This document shows positions 56,293 through 64,000 of a stretch of 64,000 bases of DNA, one piece after another. The position numbers and the translations under genes are program-made. The first letter of the stretch is position 1. Each line of letters begins with the position of its first letter. The stretch is from Phycisphaerae bacterium (GTDB lineage: Bacteria; Planctomycetota; Phycisphaerae; SM23-33), in assembly GCA_041946855.1 (NCBI GenBank), contig JBHGBE010000006.1, positions 16,999 through 80,998 on the forward strand, written 5' to 3'. The notes under the pieces were generated by a model. The model saw nothing but the letters and a program-made list of their open reading frames with translations, searched no databases and had not been told where the DNA came from.

Positions 56293-57246
56293 GTGAAGTC
56301 AGCCTCGATTGTCCTATCGGCCATTGTCGCATTGTCGCTGCCGGCCTACCTGGCGGCACAGGATGCCCCCAAGCCGTCGACCGCCCCGACGACGGCCTCG
56401 AAGCCCGCCGGCACGCCCGTCGTCATGGCGACCGTCGGCGAGGCGAAGATCATGTCCGACCGCGTGGACAAGATCTTCACGATGATCAATCCCAACAAGG
56501 ACATCCCGGCCGACAAGGTCCAGACCGTGCGCGACGCCATCCTGGGCAAGATGATCATGCAGGAGCTGGCGCGGGTCTACGTCACCGCGAAGAAGATCGA
56601 GGTCGGCGACGCCGACATGAAGGAGCAGAAGGACGCCATCGCCAAGCAGGCGGCGCAGCTTGGCGTGACGGTCGAGAAGTTCATGGACGACAACGCCATC
56701 ACGCCGGGGATGCTTCACGACGAGGCCTGCCTCAAGAAGATGGTCAGGGAGACGACCACCAAGGAGAAGGTGGACGCCTACATCAAGGCGCACCCCGACT
56801 ACTTCGACGGCACGAAGGTCAAGGCCAGCCACATCCTGGTCAAGGTCGAGCCCTCCGACTCCACCGAGGTCCAGAAGAAGGCCCTGGCGAAGATCAAGGA
56901 CATCGCCGCGAAGCTCAAGTCCGGCGAGATCAAGTTCGAGGACGCGGCCAGGCAGTTCAGCGACTGCCCCTCGAAGGACAAGGGCGGCGACCTCGGCGAG
57001 TTCACGTTCGAGCGGATGGTGCCGCAGTTCTCCATCAAGGCGTTCGCGACGGGCGTCGGCGACACGTCGGACATCGTCCGCACTCAGTTCGGCTTCCACA
57101 TCATCAAGGTCACCGACCGCAAGGCGGGAAAGGACGCTCCGGGCGATGAGGCCGCGGCAGCCGCCAAGAACGCGATGATCTCGGATGCGGAGACGGCAAT
57201 CTTCGAGCTGGGCATGACTACCTGCCCGATAGTCATCAACAAGTAG
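56293..57246 (+). CDS. PpiC-type peptidyl-prolyl cis-trans isomerase (SurA/PrsA-like), secreted
   Basis: GTG start with AAGGAG 7 nt upstream, signal peptide, and the parvulin motif ...ASHILVKV...GGDLGEF...GFHIIKV.... Confidence 0.8.
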   Translation: MKSASIVLSAIVALSLPAYLAAQDAPKPSTAPTTASKPAGTPVVMATVGEAKIMSDRVDKIFTMINPNKDIPADKVQTVRDAILGKMIMQELARVYVTAKKIEVGDADMKEQKDAIAKQAAQLGVTVEKFMDDNAITPGMLHDEACLKKMVRETTTKEKVDAYIKAHPDYFDGTKVKASHILVKVEPSDSTEVQKKALAKIKDIAAKLKSGEIKFEDAARQFSDCPSKDKGGDLGEFTFERMVPQFSIKAFATGVGDTSDIVRTQFGFHIIKVTDRKAGKDAPGDEAAAAAKNAMISDAETAIFELGMTTCPIVINK

Positions 57247-57250
57247 AGTA

Positions 57251-57342
57251 CCGGGGACTGTCCCGTCGTCTGGGACTGTCCCCAGTTGTTATTCCCGAGG
57301 GTAACCGGGAGCAGTCCCACACTGCGGGACGGTCCCCGACGG
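57251..57342. repeat. REP-like long hairpin element (GGGACTGTCCC family, copy 2) between convergent stops
   Basis: CCGGGGACTGTCCCGTCGTCTGGGACTGTCCCC-AGTTG...-CCGGGAGCAGTCCCACACTGCGGGACGGTCCCCGACGG. Same arms and same AGTTG loop start as copy 1 at 14622-14708. Confidence 0.6.
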
Positions 57343-57351
57343 CCAGCGTTT

Positions 57352-58443
57352 CTATTGCGTGAGCAGGACCGCGTCGGCGGCCGATGCCAGGAGCGTGACT
57401 GCCTGGCCCTCCGCAGGCGGGATGCCCGCGCCGGCCAACTGCGACACGCGCCAGATCGCGCCATTTGCCAGCCGACAGGTGAACTGGCGAATTTCGCCAA
57501 GATAGGTCGCCGAGACTATCGTCGCGGGCAGGCGGCACTCCGCGCCTGCCCCGGCGCCGTCGGCCGAGGCCGAGATGCTCAACCGCTCCGGCCTGATACA
57601 GACGGTGACCGGCGCTCCAACCGCTAGAGGCTTCTCTGACGCCGCAGCCAGCCTGCCGACAGGCGTTTCCACGACGGCCCGGCCGCCCGCGGTTTCGCTG
57701 ATTCGCCCGTCGATGAAGTTCGCCTCGCCCAGGAAGTCGGCAACGAACCGCGTGGCGGGACGGTCGTAGAGCTCCTGCGGCGGGCCGGACTGTATGATCC
57801 GCCCGGCGTTCATCACGGCGATGCGGTCGGCCATCGAAAGCGCCTCTTTCTGGTCGTGAGTAACGTACACGGCCGTCATGCCGGCCGCCTTGACAAGCTG
57901 CCGCAGCTCGTGACGCATATGGAGGCGGAGGCGGGCGTCGAGGTTCGACAGCGGCTCATCCAGCAGGAGGCACCGCCCCCTGGCCGCCAGCGCGCGGGCA
58001 AGCGCCACGCGCTGCTGCTGCCCGCCGGAAAGCTGGCTTGGCTTGCGCCGTGCGAAGTCGGCCATCTGCACCAGCGCCAGGTTCTCCGTGGCGACCCTTC
58101 TCCGCTCGTCGCGGCCAAGGCCCTGCATCTTGGGTCCGAATTCCACGTTCTGCCCGACTGTCATGTGCGGCCAAAGGGCGTAGTTCTGGAAGACCATTGC
58201 CGTGCGGCGCCGCTCGACGCTCAGGCCCGTAACGTCGTCGTCGTCGAAGTAGACCCGTCCGCCCGACGGCTCGACCAGCCCTGCGATTATACGCAGGAGC
58301 GTCGTCTTGCCGCAGCCGCTGGGACCAAGCAGGAAGAAGAACTCGCCGGAGACGATGTCAAGGCTGACGCCGTCCACCGCGCGGACCGCCCCGGCGGCCG
58401 AGGGGTAGAGCTTGCTGATGTTGTCCAGCCGTATGTCGGTCAT
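57352..58443 (-). CDS. ABC transporter ATP-binding protein (Fe3+/polyamine importer type with C-terminal TOBE domain)
   Basis: Walker [36 protein letters not shown], and a C-terminal MOP/TOBE-like domain. Start at MTDIRLDN. Confidence 0.85.
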   Translation of the reverse strand: MTDIRLDNISKLYPSAAGAVRAVDGVSLDIVSGEFFFLLGPSGCGKTTLLRIIAGLVEPSGGRVYFDDDDVTGLSVERRRTAMVFQNYALWPHMTVGQNVEFGPKMQGLGRDERRRVATENLALVQMADFARRKPSQLSGGQQQRVALARALAARGRCLLLDEPLSNLDARLRLHMRHELRQLVKAAGMTAVYVTHDQKEALSMADRIAVMNAGRIIQSGPPQELYDRPATRFVADFLGEANFIDGRISETAGGRAVVETPVGRLAAASEKPLAVGAPVTVCIRPERLSISASADGAGAGAECRLPATIVSATYLGEIRQFTCRLANGAIWRVSQLAGAGIPPAEGQAVTLLASAADAVLLTQ

Positions 58444-58448
58444 TATCA

Positions 58449-58493
58449 ATTGCAGATTGTAGATTGCAGATTGCAGATTGGCATACTGCAATC
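58449..58493. repeat. GCAGATT heptamer array (x4) filling the permease-ATPase intergenic gap
   Basis: ATTGCAGATTGTAGATTGCAGATTGCAGATTG plus inverted partner GCATACTGCAATC, within the 53 nt between stop 58497 and ATG 58443. Confidence 0.6.
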
Positions 58494-58496
58494 ACG

Positions 58497-60254
58497 TCAT
58501 GCTCGGAATATGGCCCCAAGCTTCTTGCCGAGAAGCGCCGAGGCCAACGCCATCGTTCCACCCAGCAGCACCATGCCGTACACGCCCAGGGCCGAGGCCA
58601 TGTTGACGGCCTCGCGGTTGCCGCTGGTGGCGAGGATGTATATCTGCTTGGTGATCGGGTAGTCGTCGCTGACTTGGGCCAGGATCAACGAGTCGCTCAC
58701 CTCCAGCACAGCGAACGAGAACGTCAGCACGGCCGCCGCCACGATGTTGGCCAGCACCAGCGGCGCCGTGATCCGAGCCACCGCCATGAACTTCGATGCG
58801 CCGAGATTCCTGGCCGCCTCTTCCAGCGATGTGGGCACTTGCTCAAGCCCGGCCGAGATGCTCCGCACCGCGAACGGCAGCCTGCGGACGGAATACGCGA
58901 TCACGATGATTACCAGAGGGTCGCGCGCCGGCCCGATGGATTGGAGCCACGTCCCCGGCGCGGTCAGTGCGACATAGCCGGCGGCCAGGATCAGCCCCGG
59001 CACGGCCAGCGGCAGCATCGTCAGCCCGTCGAGAGTGTTCCGGCCGGGGATGCGCGAACGGACGATCAGCCACGCCGCCGCCGCGCCCATCAGCAGGTCG
59101 ACGGCCGTCGCCAGGCCGGCGTATCGAAGGCTATTGACGATGGACTGATGCGTCTCGTCGCTGGTCAGCGTGTCCCGAAGGTACTGGAGCGTGTACTTCG
59201 ACGGCAGGATGGTCCCCGACCATTCGCCGGACACCGCGTTGAGGACCACGCCGATGTGCGGCACCAGCGCCAGCAGCGTCACTGTGCCAAACAGGGCCCA
59301 GGCCGCGAGCGTAGCGCCCGCACCAAGCGTGCGACTCTGCGCCGCTACAGTGGCCTTCGACGACTCCGCCGCGGCTGACCGGCCGAAGAGGAACTTGCCG
59401 ACGATGTAAAGGCCCACCGCCGAAGAGAGCATGATGAACACCAGGCTGAACGTACGCGGGCTCATGTCGGCCCCGGCCAGCTCCTTGAACAGGCGTACGG
59501 GCGTCAAGGCCTCGTAACCCATGATGAGCGGCGTGCCCAGGTCCGTGAACGCCCAGATGAAGACGATCGTTCCGCCAGCGAACAGGCCCGGCCGCATCAG
59601 CGGCAGTGTGATGCGGAAGAACGTCCGCAAGGGCGACGCGCCCAGGTTCCTGGCCGCCTGCGAGTATGCCGGGTCTATGTTGGCCAGCGCGGCCGAGGCG
59701 TTGAGGTAGAGAATGGGAAACAGGTGCAGCGACTGGAGGATGACCGTTCCCCAGAAGCCGCTCTCCAGCCAGTCGGGCGGGGGCGATGCGCCGTAAAGCT
59801 GGACCAGGCCCAGCTTGTCGAGGATGCGGTTGAGGACGCCGTACTGGGCCAGCAGGCCCTTCATCGACAGCGCGCCGACGAACGGCGGCAGGATCAGCGG
59901 CACCAGCACAGCCAGCGACAGGAAGCCTTGCCCGCGGAAGCTGCACTTTGCCCGCAGCATCGCCAGCGGAATGGCGATAACCATCGAGAGGATTGTCGTG
60001 CATGAAGCCAGCACCAGGCCGTTGGCGAGCTCCCGTAGCAGAATCCGGTTGGTGACTACCCGGCGCATCCATTCAAGGCTCGGCCGGCCGGCAAAGGTAA
60101 ACGCCTGGGCGATGGCCAGGCCGATGGGGACGATCAGGAACAGCACGAGCAGGACGATCAGGAATGATGAACCGGCCAGCGGCAGCGGTCGGAGCCGCCC
60201 GCGGAGGTCGGCCAGACCTGGTGCGTCTTTTCGAAGAAGGTCGCTCGGCGTCAC
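58497..60254 (-). CDS. ABC transporter permease, two fused domains (iron(III)/thiamine-type)
   Basis: 585 aa, 12 TM segments, two EAA-like loops (...AARNLGASPLRTFFRITLPLMRPGL... and ...AARNLGASKFMAVARITAPL...). GTG start 3 nt after the substrate-binding-protein stop. Confidence 0.85.
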   Translation of the reverse strand: MTPSDLLRKDAPGLADLRGRLRPLPLAGSSFLIVLLVLFLIVPIGLAIAQAFTFAGRPSLEWMRRVVTNRILLRELANGLVLASCTTILSMVIAIPLAMLRAKCSFRGQGFLSLAVLVPLILPPFVGALSMKGLLAQYGVLNRILDKLGLVQLYGASPPPDWLESGFWGTVILQSLHLFPILYLNASAALANIDPAYSQAARNLGASPLRTFFRITLPLMRPGLFAGGTIVFIWAFTDLGTPLIMGYEALTPVRLFKELAGADMSPRTFSLVFIMLSSAVGLYIVGKFLFGRSAAAESSKATVAAQSRTLGAGATLAAWALFGTVTLLALVPHIGVVLNAVSGEWSGTILPSKYTLQYLRDTLTSDETHQSIVNSLRYAGLATAVDLLMGAAAAWLIVRSRIPGRNTLDGLTMLPLAVPGLILAAGYVALTAPGTWLQSIGPARDPLVIIVIAYSVRRLPFAVRSISAGLEQVPTSLEEAARNLGASKFMAVARITAPLVLANIVAAAVLTFSFAVLEVSDSLILAQVSDDYPITKQIYILATSGNREAVNMASALGVYGMVLLGGTMALASALLGKKLGAIFRA

Positions 60255-60257
60255 GGC

Positions 60258-61604
60258 TTACTTGGCGATGGCCTCGTACTTGTCGCGGAAGAACTTCGTC
60301 CAGTCCGTGGCGATGGTGTCAGCCTGGGCCTTATCCGCAAGCTGGGCGACGACCTGGAGGACCTTCTCGCGAGTGTTGACGTTGTCGGGAAGGCGATTGA
60401 ACTCATCGACCAGGGACTTGTCGAAGTTGCTGTCGATGATCTTCTTGCGGGCCTTCTTGATGCCGTCGCGGTTATCGATGGCGGCCGTGCGGACAAGCAG
60501 ATTCAGCACGTCGCCGCGCGACTGCTTCATTTGCGAGTCCAGCTTCATGCCGGCGGAAAGCTCGTATGGGTTCACGATCCAGTTGAGCATCTGGCCCTTG
60601 TGCAGCCAGTAGAAGTCCTTGCGGATGGGCTGACGTCCAAGCTCCTTGTTTGCCGGGCCTCCTGGCGAGCCGGGCTTGAGCGCCCACAGGCACTGGCCCT
60701 GGTCGGACATCACGAAGTCCACAAACCCCTGGGCAAGCTCTGGGTGCGGCGGGTCTCTCAGGATCGCGATAGGGTCGGGCGTGAACGCGGTCTGGTTCTT
60801 CGGACGGACGAACACGAGCTTGTCCGGCAGGGCGGCCACGCGCGTCTCGCCGTAGAAGTCGATGCACGCGGCTATGGCGGCCTCGCCGGTTTCCGGGGCC
60901 TTGGCGGCCTCGGATGCGCTGGGGTAGAACTTCTTGGTGTTGCCCATGATGGCCATGAGGCGCGCCCAGCCGTCGGGCCAGTCCTTGCCAGACTGCACGA
61001 CCATCTCGTACGCCACGGCCGCCGAGCCGCTCAGCGTCGGGTCGGCCAGCGTGATCATGTCGTAGAACTGCGGGCCGCCCAAGTCATCCCAGGTCTGGGG
61101 CGGGGCGATGCCGCGCCTGCTGAGGAGTTCCTTGTTGTAGAGAAAACCGAATGCGCTGAGGCACGTGCCGACCCAGTTGCCTGTCGCGTCGTAGAGCTGC
61201 ACGCCGCCCAGCTCCTGCGGGACGTTGTCAGTCACATCCTTGGGCAGCTTGAGCGGCGCAAGTAGCTTCAGGTCCGCCAGCCGCTGGAAGTTCTGGTCGC
61301 CGCCGCCCCAGATGATATCGACGCCCGGCGAAGAGCCGCCGCTGTAGGCGTTGACGATGTAGGTGAGGATCTGGTTCGAGCCGCCGCCCACGTCGCGCCA
61401 TTCGATGTCCACCTGCCTGCCGGTCTTGTCCTTGTAGAACTTGCCGAAGGCGGCCTCGAACTCCTTCTTGATGTCGTTGTTGTGCGGGCTGATGACCACC
61501 AGCTTGTCGCCCGCGGCCGCGGCCTTGTTCCTGCAACCGGCCGCGAATGCGGCGCACGCCACCAACAAGACCGATGCAGTCAGAAGTGAGATCGCCTGTT
61601 TCAT
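60258..61604 (-). CDS. ABC transporter substrate-binding lipoprotein (family 1 extracellular solute-binding)
   Basis: Lipobox LLVACAAFAAGC and periplasmic binding fold; first gene of the minus-strand SBP-permease-ATPase operon. Confidence 0.8.
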   Translation of the reverse strand: MKQAISLLTASVLLVACAAFAAGCRNKAAAAGDKLVVISPHNNDIKKEFEAAFGKFYKDKTGRQVDIEWRDVGGGSNQILTYIVNAYSGGSSPGVDIIWGGGDQNFQRLADLKLLAPLKLPKDVTDNVPQELGGVQLYDATGNWVGTCLSAFGFLYNKELLSRRGIAPPQTWDDLGGPQFYDMITLADPTLSGSAAVAYEMVVQSGKDWPDGWARLMAIMGNTKKFYPSASEAAKAPETGEAAIAACIDFYGETRVAALPDKLVFVRPKNQTAFTPDPIAILRDPPHPELAQGFVDFVMSDQGQCLWALKPGSPGGPANKELGRQPIRKDFYWLHKGQMLNWIVNPYELSAGMKLDSQMKQSRGDVLNLLVRTAAIDNRDGIKKARKKIIDSNFDKSLVDEFNRLPDNVNTREKVLQVVAQLADKAQADTIATDWTKFFRDKYEAIAK

Positions 61605-61607
61605 GGT

Positions 61608-62123
61608 CTATATCCCCATGTCCGCCTTGGTCAGCAAGGCGCTGAACTCGTAGCCGGCGGCCGTCACGTTCTCCCGCGCGCCTTCCATGCGGTCTATGAC
61701 GAAGACCAGGCGCGTGATGTTCGCGCCGGCCTGTTTGAGCGTCGCGGCGGCCTCCAGGGCTGCGCCGGCCGTCGTGCCGATGTCCTCCACCAGCAGGACT
61801 CGCTTGCCGGCCACGGGCGTGCCCTCGATGAGCTTGCCCGTGGCGTATTCCTTCCTGGCCTTGCGGACCAGGGCAAAGGGCTTGCCGCACGCCATCGATG
61901 CGGCCGCCGCCAAGGCTATCGCGCCAAGCTCGGGTCCGGCGATCACCTCCGCGTCGCAGGCGAATGCCGCCAGGCGCTTGCCAAGCTCCGCCAGTATGTC
62001 CGGCTGAGTCTCGAACAGGTACTTGTCCAGGTAGTACTTGCTCCGCCTGCCGGAACGCAGGACGAAGTCGCCTTCCAGGTACGCCGCCTGCTTGATCCGC
62101 CTGGCGAGTTCCGCAGTTTCCAT
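61608..62123 (-). CDS. pyrE: Orotate phosphoribosyltransferase
   Basis: PRPP-binding motif VLLVEDIGTTAGA. Start at METAELARRI. TAG lies 3 nt before the next ATG. Confidence 0.85.
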   Translation of the reverse strand: METAELARRIKQAAYLEGDFVLRSGRRSKYYLDKYLFETQPDILAELGKRLAAFACDAEVIAGPELGAIALAAAASMACGKPFALVRKARKEYATGKLIEGTPVAGKRVLLVEDIGTTAGAALEAAATLKQAGANITRLVFVIDRMEGARENVTAAGYEFSALLTKADMGI

Positions 62124-62184
62124 GTGGTCGCTCCTGCGGCACATTAGACGCGGCGACCGCAGGGGATGCAAGACCTTGGTGAAG

Positions 62185-62270
62185 GGACTGGGGGCGAGCG
62201 ACTGGCGACTAGGAGGACCGAACGCTTGGCCACTGACCTCGATCGCCTAGTCGCTAGTCCCTCATCCGTC
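62185..62270. repeat. GCGACTR heptamer / GGGACTAGCGACTAGG palindromic element (family 3) in the pyrE / lepB divergent region
   Basis: AGGGACTGGGGGCGAGCGACTGGCGACTAGG...CCTAGTCGCTAGTCCCT. Related copies at 33629-33662 (GAGCGACTAGCGACCAGGGGG) and 55160-55195 (CGTCGCTAGTCCCTAGTCGC). Confidence 0.5.
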
Positions 62271-62329
62271 CCTCTCCTCATGCGAATTTGCTTGGCCCGG
62301 CCGTCGCCGTCCGCTATCCTTCGGGGTTC

Positions 62330-64000
62330 ATGGGTAAGGCCAACGTCAAGACGTCCAGGGACATCCAGACGGACTACAACGCCGTCCGCGACATGGTCGA
62401 AAGCATCTGGATCGCCATTGTCCTGGCGTTCGTCCTGCGGGCGTTCTTCATCGAGGCGTTCATAATCCCGACCGGCTCGATGGCCCCGCGGCTGATGGGC
62501 GAGCACTGGGACCTTCAGTGCCCCTCCTGCGGGTACGAATACGCCTACGGCTGGCCCTCGAACATCCCGCAGCCTCCTCGCAGCCAGAAGCGCATCCCCG
62601 AAGGCGCCCGCTGCCCTAACTGCGGCTTCACGTACACCAACCGCCAGACGGGGAGCAAGGAGCAGTTCGTCAACGCCGGCGACCGCGTCCTGGTGATGAA
62701 GTACCTCTACGACTTCCGAGACCCCCAGCCGTGGGACGTGGTGGTCTTCCGCAACCCACAGAACAACCGCGAGAACTACATCAAGCGCCTTGTCGGCCTG
62801 CCCGGCGAGAGCATCGAGATCGTCCACGGGGACATATTCTACAAGTCCGGCCCTCCGGACAGCAGTGATCCCTGGCGGATCCGGCGCAAGCCCAAGAAGG
62901 CCCAGGACGCCATGTGGCAGGTCGTGTTCGACAACGACTACCGCCCGGCCGACGATCCCTCAGGCAAGGGCTGGGGCAAGCCCACCGGCGAGTGGGACCT
63001 GGCCAAGTTTGACGGGAGGCGGTTCGAGTTCGCGGGCACGCGGGAAGGCACGATTGAGTTCATGGCCGACGAAAGCGCCTTCCTCCCTCGGTACGGCTAC
63101 AACCTCCCAAGGAGCGAGAGGGACTTCATCGACGATGTTCGGGACATCTGCACGGACCTGAAGCTGGCCGTCACTTTCGTCCCCAAGGCTGAGGACGCCA
63201 GGGTCAGCCTGGAACTGTCGAGCTTCGAGGACCGCTTCCGCGCCGAGGTCGGCGCGGACGGCACGATCGCCGTCAAGCACTCGCCCCGGCTCGATGGGGA
63301 TGAATGGGAGACTTGGCCGGCCAAGGGGATCGAGCGGATGGCCGTCGGGCGCGGGCATGAGATCGCCCTGACCAACGTCGATTTCCGCCTCACACTGTGG
63401 GTGGACGACAAGCCGGTCTTCGAGAGCACTGACGATCAATACCCGCACGCCACGAACGCCCACGACTATCTGACGGCCAGGATGGCCGACGCATCCCGTA
63501 CGGCCGTGCCCAGACCGGAGGTGCGAATCGGCGCATCCGGCGGCGCGAGCGAGCTGCTCCATGTCAGGCTCATGCGCGATGTTTACTACACCTCCGGCCG
63601 GACCGACTCGATCAGCGACACCGCGCTGTGTGAGTTCGCGAAGGATCTGGGCGCGAGGCCCGGAGAGCCGGGCTGGGGTTCGATGGGCAACCCGATCTAC
63701 CTGGAGCGCCATCCGGAGGACAAGGATCTCGACCCGTTCTTCGTGCTGGGGGACAACAGCCCGCAGAGCCTGGATGGGCGGTGCTGGACGAAGGCCGCGC
63801 CGACGCTCAGGTTATGGAAGCATCCGGACTGGAATCATGCCGAGATGAAGCCGAGTCAGAATCGGGAGGATGCGCTATACGAGCTTGGGACCGTGCCCCG
63901 GTACAACTTGACCGGCAGGGCGCTGTTCGTCTACTGGCCCAGCGGCTTTCGCATCCCCGGTCTGGAAGGCTTGCCCATCATCCCCAACGTCGGTAGGATG
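62330..64000 (+). CDS. lepB: Signal peptidase I with internal zinc-ribbon insertion (partial, continues beyond window end)
   Basis: TM anchor IWIAIVLAFVLRAFFIEAFIIPTGSMAP (catalytic Ser), ...NYIKRLVGLPGE... (Lys box), ...VLGDNSPQSLDGR.... CPSCGYEY...CPNCGFTY insert after the Ser box. No stop codon before 64000. Confidence 0.8.
   Translation, partial: MGKANVKTSRDIQTDYNAVRDMVESIWIAIVLAFVLRAFFIEAFIIPTGSMAPRLMGEHWDLQCPSCGYEYAYGWPSNIPQPPRSQKRIPEGARCPNCGFTYTNRQTGSKEQFVNAGDRVLVMKYLYDFRDPQPWDVVVFRNPQNNRENYIKRLVGLPGESIEIVHGDIFYKSGPPDSSDPWRIRRKPKKAQDAMWQVVFDNDYRPADDPSGKGWGKPTGEWDLAKFDGRRFEFAGTREGTIEFMADESAFLPRYGYNLPRSERDFIDDVRDICTDLKLAVTFVPKAEDARVSLELSSFEDRFRAEVGADGTIAVKHSPRLDGDEWETWPAKGIERMAVGRGHEIALTNVDFRLTLWVDDKPVFESTDDQYPHATNAHDYLTARMADASRTAVPRPEVRIGASGGASELLHVRLMRDVYYTSGRTDSISDTALCEFAKDLGARPGEPGWGSMGNPIYLERHPEDKDLDPFFVLGDNSPQSLDGRCWTKAAPTLRLWKHPDWNHAEMKPSQNREDALYELGTVPRYNLTGRALFVYWPSGFRIPGLEGLPIIPNVGRM

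Noticed and set aside
58489-58491. Track start of the ABC ATPase at 58491 (MQYANLQ...)
   Set aside because: It is a TTG inside the heptamer array. The conserved ATPase N-terminus MTDIRLDN at ATG 58441-58443 is preferred.
1-64000. Search for tRNA, rRNA and CRISPR arrays
   Set aside because: No GTTCGAATC-type T-loop contexts were found in intergenic regions. No 16S/23S-like conserved stretches and no regularly spaced direct repeats with unique spacers were seen. The tandem repeats found are contiguous 7-mers, not CRISPR.

Overview
High-GC (~65-68%) bacterial chromosomal segment, almost certainly Planctomycetota. The call rests on three co-occurring hallmarks: a DUF1559 prepilin-like 'H-X9-DG' protein, a DUF1549/DUF1553 + DUF1501 gene pair, and many large secreted proteins with Pro/Thr/Ala-rich linkers. 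No rRNA, tRNA or CRISPR array was recognised by eye.

Gene content by region:
- 0-7 kb and 20-25 kb: a sugar/glycolipid catabolic neighbourhood (PIG-L deacetylases, Gfo/Idh/MocA oxidoreductase, TIM-barrel sugar isomerase, neutral-ceramidase-like protein, galM, a large secreted hypothetical).
- 7-14 kb: PD40-repeat and TPR-like/coiled-coil envelope proteins.
- 14-17 kb: an ABC-2 exporter.
- 17-20 kb: a fused PutA (proline dehydrogenase/P5C dehydrogenase).
- 25-28.6 kb: an unusual dtxR-feoB-(zinc ribbon)-feoA iron uptake operon.
- 28.7-33.5 kb: truB, hsp20, DUF2203, flotillin + NfeD.
- 33.8-39.6 kb: the DUF1549/1553-DUF1501-PPC protein triad.
- 39.8-53.0 kb: a ~13 kb plus-strand metalloid island (DGC protein, CX2CX4CX16C Fe-S protein, four thioredoxin-fold proteins, one of them fused to two TRASH domains, CcdA, ArsP-like permease, MacA/MacB efflux, then arsR-arsC-acr3-arsM).
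- 53-64 kb: DNA topoisomerase VI subunit B (no adjacent Top6A), GT2, PpiC, an iron-type ABC importer, pyrE, signal peptidase I.

The most unusual layer is non-genic. Intergenic regions, and a few coding linkers, carry AT-enriched tandem arrays with a strict 7-nt period (GCGGAAT, GCGGATT, GCAGATT, GCGATTG, CAATGTT, GGAATGA, GCAGAAG, GCGACTA; occasionally 8- or 14-nt). They are often arranged as long inverted repeats, including a 94-bp in-frame palindrome inside feoB. There are also two copies of a ~90-bp 'GGGACTGTCCC' REP-like hairpin element. The supplied ORF track uses all table-11 starts (GTG/TTG/ATT translated as M), so start sites were re-derived from Shine-Dalgarno context, signal peptides and homologue N-termini.
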